Positions 42,769-53,882 of a stretch of DNA of 64,000 bases are shown in pieces. The DNA comes from Escherichia phage RCS47. The stretch lies in sequence record NC_042128.1; one strand, written 5' to 3'. Within the stretch, counting starts at the first letter, position 1. Every line of letters starts with the position of its first letter. Below the pieces are notes generated by a model. That model was not told where the DNA came from and ran no database searches. It was given only the letters and a program-made list of their open reading frames with translations. Made by a program: the position numbers and the translations under genes.

Positions 42769-43626
42769 ATGACCACTATAACCAAAGAGCGACTGCTGAC
42801 AATCAAGCAGTGGCGCGAAACATACGGACCTGATAGCAACGTTGTACTGCCAGCAGAAGAAGCGGAAGAACTGGCGCGTATCGTGCTGGCATCGCTGGAA
42901 GCAGAGCCTGTTCTGTATCAGTCCTGCACTCGCCCCACCTGGAATAGCGGTGTTCCGTGGACGGAATGGAAAGAACGTAGTCGTGAGTGCTACGAAGACG
43001 ATTTGCGTTTTACAGACACGCCTGACCATGCCGGTTGGATATACAAATGTCGAAAACTATATACCACTCCGCCAGCGCCGATAGCGTTAGAGGCCATTGA
43101 AAACGCAATTGAATACATTCGTAGTATCGCTTTTCACATCGATGAAGACGATTACCACGGCAAACATATTGCGTATTTCATGCGACAAGCATTGGCCTGG
43201 CTGGAAGGGCATTCATGCAGCGACGACAGACTGGGTAAAGCCGACAATCAACCAGTACGCGGCAACCAGGCTGCCGAATCCAATCGCGGTAATGAGTGGA
43301 CCGGCAATCCTGATATTGATAACGCAATCATCATGCTCGACCGCATAGATACGGCGGAAAGTTACGATGATGACCGTATTGAGGCTGTTAAGGCTGTTTT
43401 GCGTAGACTGGCAGGCAACTCTCCGGTAACTCCGGATGGTTGGATAAGCTGTAGTGAGCGAATGCCCCCTCAAGATGATTGGATTTTAATTTATTCAAAG
43501 CACGGCGAGTATATGGCAGGACAGGTACAAGGGGAATACGTGGAGTTGAGCGACGGCACTTTATCGTGGTTAGGGAACGCCTTGTTCTGGATGCCGCTAC
43601 CAGAACCGCCGCAGGAGGCGAAATGA
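42769..43626 (+). CDS. hypothetical protein
   Basis: 285-aa ORF ending WMPLPEPPQEAK. Confidence 0.45.
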   Translation: MTTITKERLLTIKQWRETYGPDSNVVLPAEEAEELARIVLASLEAEPVLYQSCTRPTWNSGVPWTEWKERSRECYEDDLRFTDTPDHAGWIYKCRKLYTTPPAPIALEAIENAIEYIRSIAFHIDEDDYHGKHIAYFMRQALAWLEGHSCSDDRLGKADNQPVRGNQAAESNRGNEWTGNPDIDNAIIMLDRIDTAESYDDDRIEAVKAVLRRLAGNSPVTPDGWISCSERMPPQDDWILIYSKHGEYMAGQVQGEYVELSDGTLSWLGNALFWMPLPEPPQEAK

Positions 43627-43883
43627 TGGATGTAAAAGAGAAGGTTTTGCAGGTGATGCGTTCCCGGGCTGCCCTGCAAGATAAAGCTCTCGGCGGGGAA
43701 TATCCATTCAGGATGGCAACCTGGAATCTGCGGTTGGCAATGGAGAAGGCATTTCCTGATGAAGAATGGCGTTCGGCAGATTTGCGCAAAATTCTTATGG
43801 AGCTGGCTAAAGACGGAACAGTATCCAAAGATACCCATGCCAGCCGGATTGGTCAGGCGGTATGGAGACTGGAGGTGAGGTAA
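43623..43883 (+). CDS. hypothetical protein
   Basis: ATGA overlap with upstream stop; 86 aa. Confidence 0.4.
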   Translation: MMDVKEKVLQVMRSRAALQDKALGGEYPFRMATWNLRLAMEKAFPDEEWRSADLRKILMELAKDGTVSKDTHASRIGQAVWRLEVR

Positions 43884-44164
43884 TGGCTAACCTGCAACTT
43901 GCCGTTAAAGGTGAATACTTCGATGCCATGATTCGCGGGGAGAAAACGGAAGAGTATCGCCTGTGTAATGACTACTGGAATAAGCGCCTCGTTAACCGTA
44001 AGTATTACCGCCTGATTATCACAAAGGGATATCCGAAGCGCGAAGACTTCAGTCGCAGAATTGACGTCCCGTATAACGGATATGAAATAAAAACAATCAC
44101 ACATCCACACTTCGGTGATAAACCGGTAAAGGTGTTCGCGATAAAAGTGAAGATTAATAGCTAA
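43883..44164 (+). CDS. ASCH-like small protein
   Basis: TAATG overlap; motif GEKTEEYR; 93 aa. Confidence 0.4.
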   Translation: MANLQLAVKGEYFDAMIRGEKTEEYRLCNDYWNKRLVNRKYYRLIITKGYPKREDFSRRIDVPYNGYEIKTITHPHFGDKPVKVFAIKVKINS

Positions 44165-44187
44165 ATTTCAATTAACACGGAGTAATT

Positions 44188-44481
44188 ATGTGGCGCGGTA
44201 ATAATCATGGCGGAAGTCAGATGATACTTACCGAATATACGTTCGACCACAAAACCAATAAATCACGTTCAGTATATTTGCTTCGGCACAATAGCCGCGT
44301 AAGAAATACCGTTCTGGAGCAAAATCTGATCGTTGAAATGGATAATTTGGGAAACTTCAAGCCAACAATATCGCTTGATGATTTTCCGTGTGGTTTAAGC
44401 GAAAGAGAAGCAATGCTGAAATTAGCAGAATGGCTACAAAGATTAAGCATTGCTATTGAAGATAACTGGTCTGAACCTTAA
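44188..44481 (+). CDS. hypothetical protein
   Basis: 97-aa ORF. Confidence 0.35.
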   Translation: MWRGNNHGGSQMILTEYTFDHKTNKSRSVYLLRHNSRVRNTVLEQNLIVEMDNLGNFKPTISLDDFPCGLSEREAMLKLAEWLQRLSIAIEDNWSEP

Positions 44482-44487
44482 ATTAAT

Positions 44488-44862
44488 ATGATGACACTAA
44501 AACATTTTCTTGACCGCCCATTATGGGCGGCAGCCGCAGGCTATGACTTTAATTATATGGATTGCATGTCTTATACTGCCAATGCATACGACCATTCGTT
44601 CAGCCTGCTGTTTAATTCTTTAAGAATATTGCCGGAAACAGAAGTTGGAGAGCTTCATTTATGGATATTGGGCTTTATCGCGGCTGGAGTTGGTATTGCC
44701 GTATGGCCTTTTATTTTCTGGCTGGTGGCTGTTGTAGTGTGGTTTAAGTGCAAGACGTACCGGAAAAAGTATTTCTTAGGTGATGGAATGACTGATATTG
44801 CCAAAATGAACATTGAAAAATGGACTAAGGAATGTGAAAAGAAATGGCGCAAAAAGAAATGA
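44488..44862 (+). CDS. membrane protein
   Basis: 124 aa with two hydrophobic segments. Confidence 0.4.
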   Translation: MMTLKHFLDRPLWAAAAGYDFNYMDCMSYTANAYDHSFSLLFNSLRILPETEVGELHLWILGFIAAGVGIAVWPFIFWLVAVVVWFKCKTYRKKYFLGDGMTDIAKMNIEKWTKECEKKWRKKK

Positions 44863-45524
44863 CTACTCTAACGACAGCATACTTACAGCAATTGGTATTT
44901 TTTGCAGGCGAGGCTACTTGTCATCCTGACGCAAACTATTTATTGGAATTTGAGAGGTTAGCGTCACCCGGTATCGTTCTGGAACTGGCCCAACAGGTGC
45001 TGGCCTTGAGACAAAAAGAGCAACATGAAAGTAATACGTGTAGATTGAATTTTGAGCAGTGGCTGGAACAGCAACGCGGAAAAATCGATGTGGACTGCGG
45101 TTGTGTGTCCACTGAAACATTCATGCACTGGCTGTGGGTAGCTTACGAGGCTGGCAACTATCCGGATATTCCGGATAGTTCGGTGCCAGCGCCAGGAAAG
45201 GGCGTCACCGGTGAACGTATCCGCATTAAGCCGCATGTTTATCGCGAACTGGTTAACCGTCTCCACGATACAGCGATCAAGTGTGCTGGCACCCAGCAAT
45301 TACGAGAAAGAATTAGCCGTGTTTTGGGCGACGTTATTACACCAGATCATCATAAACAAGCCGAGAAAAGTGACCTGGAAAGGTGTCACCTTGAGGCGGC
45401 ATTAAACATTAAGCCGGGGCATACGCTTGGCATTATTGATGCACTATTGGTTCATAAGATGGCCAGGGCTTTATTGCCGCTGGTGGCTGAAAAGCATGAG
45501 GTGGACCATGCCAACGAAAGCTGA
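44844..45524 (+). CDS. hypothetical protein
   Basis: 226-aa ORF. Confidence 0.4.
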   Translation: MAQKEMTTLTTAYLQQLVFFAGEATCHPDANYLLEFERLASPGIVLELAQQVLALRQKEQHESNTCRLNFEQWLEQQRGKIDVDCGCVSTETFMHWLWVAYEAGNYPDIPDSSVPAPGKGVTGERIRIKPHVYRELVNRLHDTAIKCAGTQQLRERISRVLGDVITPDHHKQAEKSDLERCHLEAALNIKPGHTLGIIDALLVHKMARALLPLVAEKHEVDHANES

Positions 45525-45792
45525 ATTACAGGTGCGCGTAGATGAGCTTGAAAAAGAGAACGCGAGCCTCAAAAAAATGCTGTCGCGGGCGGAAAGGGAA
45601 TTATCAGGCAAATTATTGCCAGAAGAACTGCCACCAGCAGATATACCTGATCGAGTGTCCTGGTGGATGAAGTATTTCCGTGCACCGTGGGAGGCGTTTT
45701 GGTGCTACGACCATCGCAGATGGTGTGATGAACTTGATAGCAATTTTCCCTACTTTGCGGAAGGGAACACCTGCCCTCAATGCAGGGGATAG
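45508..45792 (+). CDS. hypothetical protein with C-terminal CPQC motif
   Basis: ATG 45508 with GGTGG SD; 94 aa. Confidence 0.4.
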   Translation: MPTKAELQVRVDELEKENASLKKMLSRAERELSGKLLPEELPPADIPDRVSWWMKYFRAPWEAFWCYDHRRWCDELDSNFPYFAEGNTCPQCRG

Positions 45793-46159
45793 CATTTGAC
45801 GAAATCGATCACCCTATCCTGAACTTCAGAAAGAAGGTCTTTTTCACGCGCCAGGACGTCAGGATATTGACGTTCTGGCCTTACCAGATGCCGGAGCTTC
45901 CCATTAAGCAGAATGGCCTCAGAAAACACTTTTACGCTGTGCTTTATCCCCTCTGTTTCACTTTTCAGCGTCAAAATAAAGCGCAATTGCTTATTAGCCT
46001 GATTCGGATTCAATACACGAATTTGCAGTTCGTCTATGCTGTTCCGCAATGGGATTGATGCCACCACACTGGTGCAGTCTCTGATTGTCTGAATTGAACG
46101 GCTAACATTGAGAACGTTATTGTGCATGTGCCTGATCCACTAACTCCTGGAGGTTTCTT

Positions 46160-46411
46160 GTGTCAGATCGAAATATAGCAGCTAAAAGCCAGGAAGAGCG
46201 AGACAAGGTGAACGTAGACCTTGCCGCCAGCGGCGTTGCTTACAAAGAACGGCTGAATATACCTGTGATTGCAGAGCAGGTGGCCCGTGAGCAACCGGAA
46301 AACCTGCGCGCCTATTTCATGGAACGGCTACGGCACTACCGGCAGTTAAGCCTCCAGTTGCCAAAAGGGAGCGATCCGGTGTATCAGAACGAGGATGCAC
46401 CAAAAAAATAA
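46160..46411 (+). CDS. hot: DNA polymerase III theta-subunit homolog (HolE-like)
   Basis: GTG start with GGAGG SD; motif [33 protein letters not shown] resembles theta. Confidence 0.75.
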   Translation: MSDRNIAAKSQEERDKVNVDLAASGVAYKERLNIPVIAEQVAREQPENLRAYFMERLRHYRQLSLQLPKGSDPVYQNEDAPKK

Positions 46412-46496
46412 CGGCAAGATGGGGGAGAAATGTGATTAGCCCCCAGCGTGGCGCGCCTACAAACCCCGCTTTCACAAACTATGCCTTTTCAATGTA

Positions 46497-46516
46497 TACT
46501 GTATGAATAAACAGTA
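46497..46516 (+). promoter_or_regulatory. LexA (SOS) box TACTGTATGAATAAACAGTA upstream of humD
   Basis: CTGT-N8-ACAG consensus match. Confidence 0.8.
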
Positions 46517-46534
46517 TCATTGAGGTAAAACGCT

Positions 46535-46924
46535 ATGGGCTTCCCTTCTCCTGCGGCGGATTATGTTGAAAGCCGAATTTCTCTTGATCAGCAGATAATT
46601 AGACATCCTTCAGCGACCTACTTCATGCGGGCAGCTGATAGCCATCACCGTGAGGGAATATTGCAGGGTGCTTTGCTGGTGGTTGATTCCTCGCTTACTC
46701 CAGTTGATGGTTCGCTGCTTGTGTGCGCTATGGAGGGTGAATATCGCATAAAGAGATACCGAAAGTATCCGCGCCAGCACCTGGAGGATTTAAGCACCGG
46801 GAAGAAAGAGGCGTTACCAGTAGATGACGATGGATGCACGGGCAGTAATGCTATTTTTGGTGTGATCACTCATGTCATCAATGATGCCCGAAGTGGGGAA
46901 TTTGATGATTGTCCGGTTATTTAA
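46535..46924 (+). CDS. humD: UmuD homolog (SOS mutagenesis accessory)
   Basis: 129 aa; UmuD'-like peptidase S24 core; LexA box upstream. Confidence 0.8.
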   Translation: MGFPSPAADYVESRISLDQQIIRHPSATYFMRAADSHHREGILQGALLVVDSSLTPVDGSLLVCAMEGEYRIKRYRKYPRQHLEDLSTGKKEALPVDDDGCTGSNAIFGVITHVINDARSGEFDDCPVI

Positions 46925-46996
46925 GCTGCAAAGGGCTGGTGCTTTATGCCTGTGAGGTTTATAATTGTGTACACATAACGAGTACACGAGGTGTTT

Positions 46997-47218
46997 ATGC
47001 AATCCATTAACTTCCGTACCGCGCGCGGCAACCTTTCTGAAGTGCTCAACAATGTTGAAGCCGGGGAAGAAGTTGAAATCACCCGCAGAGGCCGTGAGCC
47101 AGCAGTAATTGTCAGCAAGGCTACTTTCGAAGCCTACAAAAAAGCGGCGCTGGATGCTGAATTTGCATCCCTGTTTGACACCCTGGACTCCACCAACAAG
47201 GAACTGGTTAACCGATAA
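46997..47218 (+). CDS. phd: antitoxin Phd
   Basis: 73 aa [39 protein letters not shown]; TAATGA overlap with doc. Confidence 0.85.
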   Translation: MQSINFRTARGNLSEVLNNVEAGEEVEITRRGREPAVIVSKATFEAYKKAALDAEFASLFDTLDSTNKELVNR

Positions 47219-47598
47219 TGAGGCATATATCACCGGAAGAACTTATTGCGCTTCATGATGCGAATATAAACCGCTACGGCGGCCTGCCGGGAATGTCAGA
47301 TCCGGGTAGGGCAGAGGCCATTATCGGGAGAGTTCAGGCCAGAGTTGCCTACGAAGAGATCACCGACCTTTTCGAAGTCTCCGCCACCTACCTGGTGGCT
47401 ACAGCGAGAGGGCATATATTCAATGATGCCAATAAGCGTACCGCGCTAAACAGTGCGCTGTTATTTCTACGCCGTAACGGGGTGCAGGTATTTGATTCAC
47501 CTGAACTGGCAGACCTTACTGTAGGCGCTGCGACTGGCGAGATATCTGTATCTTCTGTCGCCGACACGTTACGTAGATTGTATGGTTCTGCGGAGTAG
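47218..47598 (+). CDS. doc: toxin Doc (Fic-fold kinase)
   Basis: 126 aa with Fic-like motif [11 protein letters not shown]. Confidence 0.9.
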   Translation: MRHISPEELIALHDANINRYGGLPGMSDPGRAEAIIGRVQARVAYEEITDLFEVSATYLVATARGHIFNDANKRTALNSALLFLRRNGVQVFDSPELADLTVGAATGEISVSSVADTLRRLYGSAE

Positions 47599-47602
47599 AT
47601 TA

Positions 47603-47782
47603 ATGGCACGCAAATACAACAAATTGTCCCGTGAAGCGTTAAAGATGCTTCTTGATGGCGTGAGTCGCCGCGAGGTAAAGCAATACCTGGTTGGTAAGCA
47701 AGTTGGTGTCAGGACCGCTATTGCTGTGTTATGCCGTCAGGAAATGGTTGTGCTTAAACAGAGAATGCCGGGCAGCAGATAA
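47603..47782 (+). CDS. small protein downstream of doc
   Basis: 59-aa ORF from ATG 47603. Confidence 0.35.
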   Translation: MARKYNKLSREALKMLLDGVSRREVKQYLVGKQVGVRTAIAVLCRQEMVVLKQRMPGSR

Positions 47783-47809
47783 AGCCCAATCAGTGATGAA
47801 AGGTGTGAT

Positions 47810-48853
47810 GTGAAAGCCGTAATTACTCCCTTTGTACAAAAAGAGCTTGGCGTCGCCACATTCAAAGTGGATCAGGAAGTCAGAAAGCTGGTGGAGGCTG
47901 GCCGTAAATTTATTATGGAGCCAGTGCCGCGTGAGTTAATCGAGCACATGGACGACGGCCTCGTTGTTTCCGAGCAAACTATGGCAACAAATGAGGCGTT
48001 GCAGCCGTTTTTTAACAGCGATGAACTGTTTCGCCGTATTGGTGGAATTGACGCGCTGGTGGCGTGGTTGCGCAGGAAAGAGGGGCAATGCCAGGCCGCA
48101 GATCGTAGCTGGTGTGACAACCATATTGTCCACGCAGAACGAGACAATAGCGCGGTGTTGTTGTGCTGGCATCACGATAACCATTACCGGATGCGTGGTT
48201 TTAATGAGCTGAAAGAAACGCTGCATAATAATCGCGTTAACTGGATACTGGATGTCGCCCGTCAGGAAATGGGGCTTTCAGATGGCCATGATTTAAGTAT
48301 TCAGGAACTGTGCTGGTGGGCTTTCATGCGCAACATGATGCACCTGATGCCGGAAGAAGTTTACCGTATATCAATAAATAAGATGAAAGCCGCAACGCAG
48401 GATAGCGGACCTCTGAAAGAGGCGGATATTCGCCCGTATGACGATCGCGCTACAGCATATGTCCAGATGATGGAAGAACGCGCCGCGCCGATGCGTGCAA
48501 AAGTATGCCCTGTGGATGTTGACTCCGACCCTGGCATGGCGCATTTCAAAATACCAAAACTGCAATCGCTAAAATTACCTGAGTACATGGACTTTGTTGC
48601 TTCCCGTCCATGCTGTGGGTGTGGAGCGGCGGGAGCTGGCGCTCACATTACGCCTTATATCGTTCGTCATAGTCGATTATGCGCGCATGACATTTACGCA
48701 ATTCCTCTGTGCCAGTCATGCCAGCGTGATATTGAGCGTGACCGCGATAATTGGGAGAAGACGCACGGTAGGCTGGCGATGCATCAACGATTGTTCTTTG
48801 ATTACGCGCTTGGAGTCGGCGCTATCACAAGTCACTCGTCGAGTGTTAGATAA
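47810..48853 (+). CDS. hypothetical protein, Cys-rich C-terminus
   Basis: 347-aa ORF; RPCCGCG...CQSCQ motifs. Confidence 0.45.
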   Translation: MKAVITPFVQKELGVATFKVDQEVRKLVEAGRKFIMEPVPRELIEHMDDGLVVSEQTMATNEALQPFFNSDELFRRIGGIDALVAWLRRKEGQCQAADRSWCDNHIVHAERDNSAVLLCWHHDNHYRMRGFNELKETLHNNRVNWILDVARQEMGLSDGHDLSIQELCWWAFMRNMMHLMPEEVYRISINKMKAATQDSGPLKEADIRPYDDRATAYVQMMEERAAPMRAKVCPVDVDSDPGMAHFKIPKLQSLKLPEYMDFVASRPCCGCGAAGAGAHITPYIVRHSRLCAHDIYAIPLCQSCQRDIERDRDNWEKTHGRLAMHQRLFFDYALGVGAITSHSSSVR

Positions 48854-48854
48854 A

Positions 48855-48871
48855 ATTGCTCTAATGTATTG
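48855..48871 (+). promoter_or_regulatory. C1 operator-like site (14/17) upstream of lpa
   Basis: ATTGCTCTAATGTATTG. Confidence 0.5.
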
Positions 48872-48941
48872 CTATTTCATTAATCGAGAGTATTATATTC
48901 CACGTTGATTAGTTGACATGGGCTAATCAGTAGGTGACAGG

Positions 48942-49394
48942 ATGTTACTTAACTGGCAGGGACGCCACTTCATGGAAATAAATCACTCACGAATAACATC
49001 GTACGAGATTGCGGATTACATGATCCGCACTAAATCTCTTCTATCAGCGAAAGAACTCGCAGCAATTCTTGAAAAGGAATACCCGCATCTGGATGTCGAT
49101 AAGCGCGATGTTTATCTGCGCTTAAAAGCTATCGCTGTGTCTAAGTATTCGTCTGTTTTGATTGATGACAGTACACGCCCACGTAGATTTCAGATCCACT
49201 CTCTGAATCCTGAATTCTTTCGCCGTAGCCGCGCTCCGCGCCGGTTTGATGAAAAACTCCAGAACGAACTCTATATGACGCAGGACGAAAAGGAACGCCG
49301 GGAGCACCAGCCTTGGGTAATGGCGCGTCAACTTTTCAATAAGGTGGCCCGTCAGCACCGTCATTACGGTAATGCCACATCCGCACGTATCTGA
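48942..49394 (+). CDS. lpa: putative late promoter activator Lpa
   Basis: 150-aa basic protein immediately upstream of pacA and downstream of a C1 operator, as in P1. Confidence 0.55.
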   Translation: MLLNWQGRHFMEINHSRITSYEIADYMIRTKSLLSAKELAAILEKEYPHLDVDKRDVYLRLKAIAVSKYSSVLIDDSTRPRRFQIHSLNPEFFRRSRAPRRFDEKLQNELYMTQDEKERREHQPWVMARQLFNKVARQHRHYGNATSARI

Positions 49395-49479
49395 TTGATT
49401 GCTTGCCCGTTCCGGGCCTTTTGACATGTGACTTTCGTTACCCTCGCGTCAAAAAGAGTTTTTACGAAAGGAAGCATAA

Positions 49480-50673
49480 GTGACCTGGGACGATCACAAG
49501 AAGAATTTTGCTCGCCTGGCGCGAGATGGTGGTTACACCATCGCACAGTATGCCGCCGAGTTTAATCTTAACCCTAATACCGCACGTCGTTATCTCCGTG
49601 CCTTCAAAGAAGACACCAGGACTGTGGACAGCCGCAAGCCAAATAAGCCAGTCAGGAAGCCACTAAAAAGCATGATCATTGATCACTCTAATGATCAACA
49701 TGCAGGTGATCATATTGCGGCTGAAATGGCAGAAAAACAAAGAGTTAATGCTGTTGTCAGTGCCGCAGTCGAGAACGCGAAGCGCCAAAATAAGCGCATA
49801 AATGATCGTTCAGATGATCATGACGTGATCACCCGCGCCCACCGGACCTTACGTGATCGCCTGGAACGCGACACCCTGGATGATGATGGTGAACGCTTTG
49901 AATTCGAAGCTGGCGATTACCTGATAGATAACGTTGAAGCGCGGAAGGCCGCGCGCGCTATGTTGCGTCGTTCCGGAGCTGATGTTCTGGAAACCACTCT
50001 TCTGGAAAAGTCTCTTTCTCATCTCCTTATGCTGGAGAACGCCAGGGATACGTGTATTCGCCTGGTGCAGGAAATGCGCGATCAGCAAAAAGACGATGAT
50101 GAAGGTACTCCGCCTGAATACCGTATCGCGAGCATGCTAAACAGCTGTTCCGCGCAGATAAGCAGCCTGATCAACACCATTTACAGCATCCGGAATAACT
50201 ATCGAAAAGAAAGCCGGGAGGCGGAAAAGCACGCTTTGTCTATGGGGCAAGCTGGCATTGTTAAGCTGGCATACGAACGAAAGCGTGAAAATAACTGGTC
50301 AGTGCTGGAAGCAGCTGAATTCATCGAGGCGCATGGCGGGAAAGTGCCGCCCCTGATGCTGGAGCAAATCAAAGCCGATCTGCGTGCTCCTAAGACCAAT
50401 ACCGATGATGAGGAAAGGCAAACTGCCGTCGGTGGCCCTTCTCTTGAAGATCTGGACAAAGTTGCGCGAGAACGGGCCGCCAACCGCCGCGCCGATGCCG
50501 CATTGTGGATTGAGCAACGTAGGGAAGAAATCGCCGATATCGTTGATACAGGCGGTTATGGAGATGTTGATACTGAAGGTGTATCAAACGACCCATGGCT
50601 GGAACAAGACCTGGACGAAGACGAGGAGGAAGACGAAGAAGTTACCCGCAAGCTATACGGGGATGATGATTAA
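49480..50673 (+). CDS. pacA: terminase small subunit PacA
   Basis: GTG start with AAGGAAG SD; contains the pac hexamer cluster; 397 aa; followed by PacB. Confidence 0.8.
   Translation: MTWDDHKKNFARLARDGGYTIAQYAAEFNLNPNTARRYLRAFKEDTRTVDSRKPNKPVRKPLKSMIIDHSNDQHAGDHIAAEMAEKQRVNAVVSAAVENAKRQNKRINDRSDDHDVITRAHRTLRDRLERDTLDDDGERFEFEAGDYLIDNVEARKAARAMLRRSGADVLETTLLEKSLSHLLMLENARDTCIRLVQEMRDQQKDDDEGTPPEYRIASMLNSCSAQISSLINTIYSIRNNYRKESREAEKHALSMGQAGIVKLAYERKRENNWSVLEAAEFIEAHGGKVPPLMLEQIKADLRAPKTNTDDEERQTAVGGPSLEDLDKVARERAANRRADAALWIEQRREEIADIVDTGGYGDVDTEGVSNDPWLEQDLDEDEEEDEEVTRKLYGDDD
49673..49860. promoter_or_regulatory. pac packaging site (clusters of TGATCA/G hexamers with Dam GATC sites)
   Basis: four hexamers at 49673-49715 and three to four at 49803-49858 inside pacA. 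Confidence 0.7.
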
Positions 50674-52157
50674 TGGCCAGAAGTTGCGTAACGGATCCAC
50701 GTTGGCGCGAGCTGGTGGCGCTATATCGTTATGACTGGATTGCGGCCGCTGATGTTTTGTTCGGCAAAACACCTACCTGGCAGCAGGATCTGATTATTGA
50801 GTCTGTGCAGGAACAGGGTAGCAAGACATCTGTTTCGTCTGGTCACGGTACCGGGAAATCAGACATGACTTCTATCATGATCATGTTGTTCATAATCATG
50901 TATCCCGGTGCCCGAGCCATTATCGTTGCGAACAAAATTCAGCAGGTAATGACCGGTATATTCAAGTACATCAAGATAAACTGGGCTACTGCCACCAGCC
51001 GTTTTCCATGGCTTGCTGATTATTTTGTTCTGACAGAAACCGCTTTCTATGAGGTTACTGGTAAAGGTGTATGGACTGTAGTACCGAAGGGCTTTCGTCT
51101 GGGAAGTGAAGAAGCTCTCGCCGGTGAACACGCAGATCATCTTCTGTATATTATCGATGAAGCCTCCGGTGTCAGTGATAGAGCTTTCGGTATCATCACC
51201 GGTGCTCTTACCGGACAGGATAACCGCATCTTATTGCTGTCACAGCCTACACGCCCAAGCGGCTATTTCTACGATACTCACCATAAACTGGCCAAGCGTC
51301 CTGGTAACCCTGATGGCGTTTATACGGCGATCACGCTTAACAGTGAGGAATCACCGCTGGTAACGCCAGCATTTATCAAAATGAAGCTGGCGGAGTACGG
51401 CGGGCGTGATAACCCTATGTACATGATTAAGGTACGCGGGCTATTCCCTAAATCACAGGACGGCTTCCTTCTTGGACGTGATGAGGTTGAACGTGCGACG
51501 CGGCGGAAAGTCAAGATTGCCAAAGGATGGGGCTGGCTTGCATGTGTGGACGTTGCTGGTGGTACAGGACGGGATAAGTCCGTTATCAATATCATGATGG
51601 TGTCCGGCCAGCGAAATAAACGCCGTGTAATCAACTATCGAATGCTGGAATACACAGACGTTACAGAAACGCAGCTTGCCGCCAAAATTTTCGCAGAATG
51701 TAATCCTGAGCGATTCCCCAATATCACCATAGCGATAGACGGCGATGGCCTGGGTAAAGCAACGGCGGATCTGATGTACGAGTATTATGGTATTACCGTA
51801 CAGCGTATACGCTGGGGTAAAAAGATGCATAGCCGTGAAGATAAGAGCCTGTACTTTGATAAACGTGCTTATGCCAATGTTCAAGCCGCAGAGGCCGTAA
51901 AATCTGGTCGTATGAGACTGGATAAGGGTAATGAAACTATTGAGGAAGCGTCGAAAATCCCTGTAGGGATTAACTCCGCAGGTCAATGGAAGGTGATGAG
52001 TAAGGAGGATATGAAGAAAAAACTCAACCTGCACTCACCAGACCATTGGGATACATATTGTTTCGCTATGCTGGCGGATTATGTTCCCCAGGATGAAGTG
52101 CTTAGCGTCGAAGACGAAGCGCAGGTTGATGAAGCTCTGTCATGGCTTAATGAATGA
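50673..52157 (+). CDS. pacB: terminase large subunit PacB
   Basis: 494 aa; TAATG overlap with pacA; terminase ATPase/nuclease architecture. Confidence 0.8.
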   Translation: MARSCVTDPRWRELVALYRYDWIAAADVLFGKTPTWQQDLIIESVQEQGSKTSVSSGHGTGKSDMTSIMIMLFIIMYPGARAIIVANKIQQVMTGIFKYIKINWATATSRFPWLADYFVLTETAFYEVTGKGVWTVVPKGFRLGSEEALAGEHADHLLYIIDEASGVSDRAFGIITGALTGQDNRILLLSQPTRPSGYFYDTHHKLAKRPGNPDGVYTAITLNSEESPLVTPAFIKMKLAEYGGRDNPMYMIKVRGLFPKSQDGFLLGRDEVERATRRKVKIAKGWGWLACVDVAGGTGRDKSVINIMMVSGQRNKRRVINYRMLEYTDVTETQLAAKIFAECNPERFPNITIAIDGDGLGKATADLMYEYYGITVQRIRWGKKMHSREDKSLYFDKRAYANVQAAEAVKSGRMRLDKGNETIEEASKIPVGINSAGQWKVMSKEDMKKKLNLHSPDHWDTYCFAMLADYVPQDEVLSVEDEAQVDEALSWLNE

Positions 52158-52160
52158 ATA

Positions 52161-52177
52161 TTTGCTCTAATAAATTG
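52161..52177 (+). promoter_or_regulatory. C1 operator-like site (15/17)
   Basis: TTTGCTCTAATAAATTG immediately after pacB. Confidence 0.6.
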
Positions 52178-52379
52178 TGTTTTTTAGCTACCGATGTTAC
52201 ATTGAACCTGACCTCTTGCGCCTTGAGGCATTTTCGGTTTATGCTTATCAGGCACCTCATTAAAACGGGTGCCGGGATTGAGACCCCGGATAATGTCAAA
52301 GGCGACACAGACGCCGAAAGCGTCTTTTTTTGTGTCATGCCATCGCACAGCCATACGTAGCGTTTAGCTCCGAAATCAA

Positions 52380-52500
52380 TGGTAGTGCTGGCTGGGCTGC
52401 CGAAAGGCAGGCCGGTTCCCTTTGACGCCGGTAGTCTCAACCCAGTCAGTGCTACCGCCATTGAGATTGAGACCTCACGCGGTAGCTCCTTAACTTAGTC
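52380..52500 (+). ncRNA. possible c4-like antisense RNA region of the second icd/ant module
   Basis: structured non-coding region with 8-bp stem GCTACCGC...GCGGTAGC between operator and icd-like gene. Confidence 0.25.
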
Positions 52501-52516
52501 AAAGGAGGCTGCCATT

Positions 52517-52738
52517 ATGGCTACTGTCCCTACCCCAACTCATCCTGAATTCATCTGGCGCTTCTATTCCTGCCAGAAACGTCACTATCACTTCGTTATT
52601 GCACCGACAGAAGATGAGGCCCGTTCTCAGCTTCCTGACGCTCCCTGCATTTTCTCTGCCCGCTTTTCCACTGATTCGCGCAACTCTCTCAGTTACTGGT
52701 GCCTCCCTGTTAACGCTTCTGCTCAGGAGGGACTATGA
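52517..52738 (+). CDS. icd: Icd-like cell-division inhibitor, second copy
   Basis: 73 aa; same conserved motifs as the 1860 copy. Confidence 0.7.
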   Translation: MATVPTPTHPEFIWRFYSCQKRHYHFVIAPTEDEARSQLPDAPCIFSARFSTDSRNSLSYWCLPVNASAQEGL

Positions 52739-53850
52739 GAACGTCATTAGTCACCCGTGAAGAAATGATTGAGGCAATTGAACAGCACACATCCTGTATC
52801 AGTACCAGGGATATACCGGGCGTTATTGCCAACTACTTCATGATCACCAAACAACTTTACCGGAGAAAGGACAAGAACGCTGTTCACCGCATTCTGTTGT
52901 CTGATATCCGCGAATACCTGCTCGAACAGGGGCATCTGAATTACGCAACCGTCGCAGCCGAAACACGCAAGGAGGCACACAGAATGAAAGCAACTAACGT
53001 TAAATCAGAAAAAACTCATGCACCTTCAGTTCAGGAATCGGAGCTGGTGGTTGTTCAGAATCAGTCTGATGAAATTCCCGTTCTGGAATGGCTGGGAGTG
53101 CGTGTAGTGACAACTAAGATCCTTGCTAAGGGGTATGGGACAGATGCGGATAACATCAAGAAGAACTTTTCCCGTAATGCTGAACGTTTTTGTGAAGGCA
53201 AGCATTTCTATAAAGTTATTGGAGATGATTTGAACAATTTGCGAGTGACTTTAAGTAACTCACAAAATCCTATCTCTCCTAAAGCCCGCTCACTCATCCT
53301 CTGGACGGAACGCGGCGCAGCCCGCCACGCTAAAATGATCGAAACCGATCAGGCATGGGCATTCTTTGAAAAACTGGAAGACAGCTACTTCCGACAAAAA
53401 GAACAGCAACCGGTTGCAATCCCCCAAACATTACCAGAAGCCCTACGCCTGGCTGCCGAACTGGCTGAACAAAAGCAGCTTCTGGAACAGAAAGCCCACC
53501 AGCTAAATCAGCAGCTGGTGGCCGCCGCTCCTAAAGTCGATTTTGCCGACCGGGTATCAGTAGCTAAAGGGATCCTGATTGGGAATTTTGCAAAGGTTGT
53601 TGGACTTAAGCAAAACGCGCTGTTTGCCTGGTTACGGGAGAACGGCATCCTGATAGCGTCCGGTGGACGTAAAAATGTGCCGTTCCAGCAGTACATCAAC
53701 GCGGGGTATTTCACGGTGAAAGAAGTGGTGCTGGATGATGAAGATGGCTACCAGATACGGTTGACGCCTCAATTAACGGGTAAAGGCCAGCAGTGGTTGA
53801 CGCGTAAACTGCTCGATGCTGGCTTGTTAAAACCGGTGGCGGCTGAATAA
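52735..53850 (+). CDS. ant: antirepressor Ant, second copy, divergent central domain
   Basis: 371 aa; N-terminus and KilAC C-terminus conserved with Ant 2078-3112; central region differs. Confidence 0.75.
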   Translation: MRTSLVTREEMIEAIEQHTSCISTRDIPGVIANYFMITKQLYRRKDKNAVHRILLSDIREYLLEQGHLNYATVAAETRKEAHRMKATNVKSEKTHAPSVQESELVVVQNQSDEIPVLEWLGVRVVTTKILAKGYGTDADNIKKNFSRNAERFCEGKHFYKVIGDDLNNLRVTLSNSQNPISPKARSLILWTERGAARHAKMIETDQAWAFFEKLEDSYFRQKEQQPVAIPQTLPEALRLAAELAEQKQLLEQKAHQLNQQLVAAAPKVDFADRVSVAKGILIGNFAKVVGLKQNALFAWLRENGILIASGGRKNVPFQQYINAGYFTVKEVVLDDEDGYQIRLTPQLTGKGQQWLTRKLLDAGLLKPVAAE

Positions 53851-53857
53851 TGGAAGA

Positions 53858-53879
53858 ATGCCCGGTTGATGCCGGGCAT
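53858..53879. terminator. bidirectional terminator between ant copy 2 and c1
   Basis: hairpin ATGCCCGG-TTGAT-GCCGGGCAT. Confidence 0.55.
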
Positions 53880-53882
53880 AAT

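Noticed and set aside
45777-46127. Minus-strand 116-aa ORF between plus-strand genes upstream of hot
   Set aside because: No usable Shine-Dalgarno (AGGAG is 16 nt from the ATG) and it opposes the surrounding operon; not called without further evidence.
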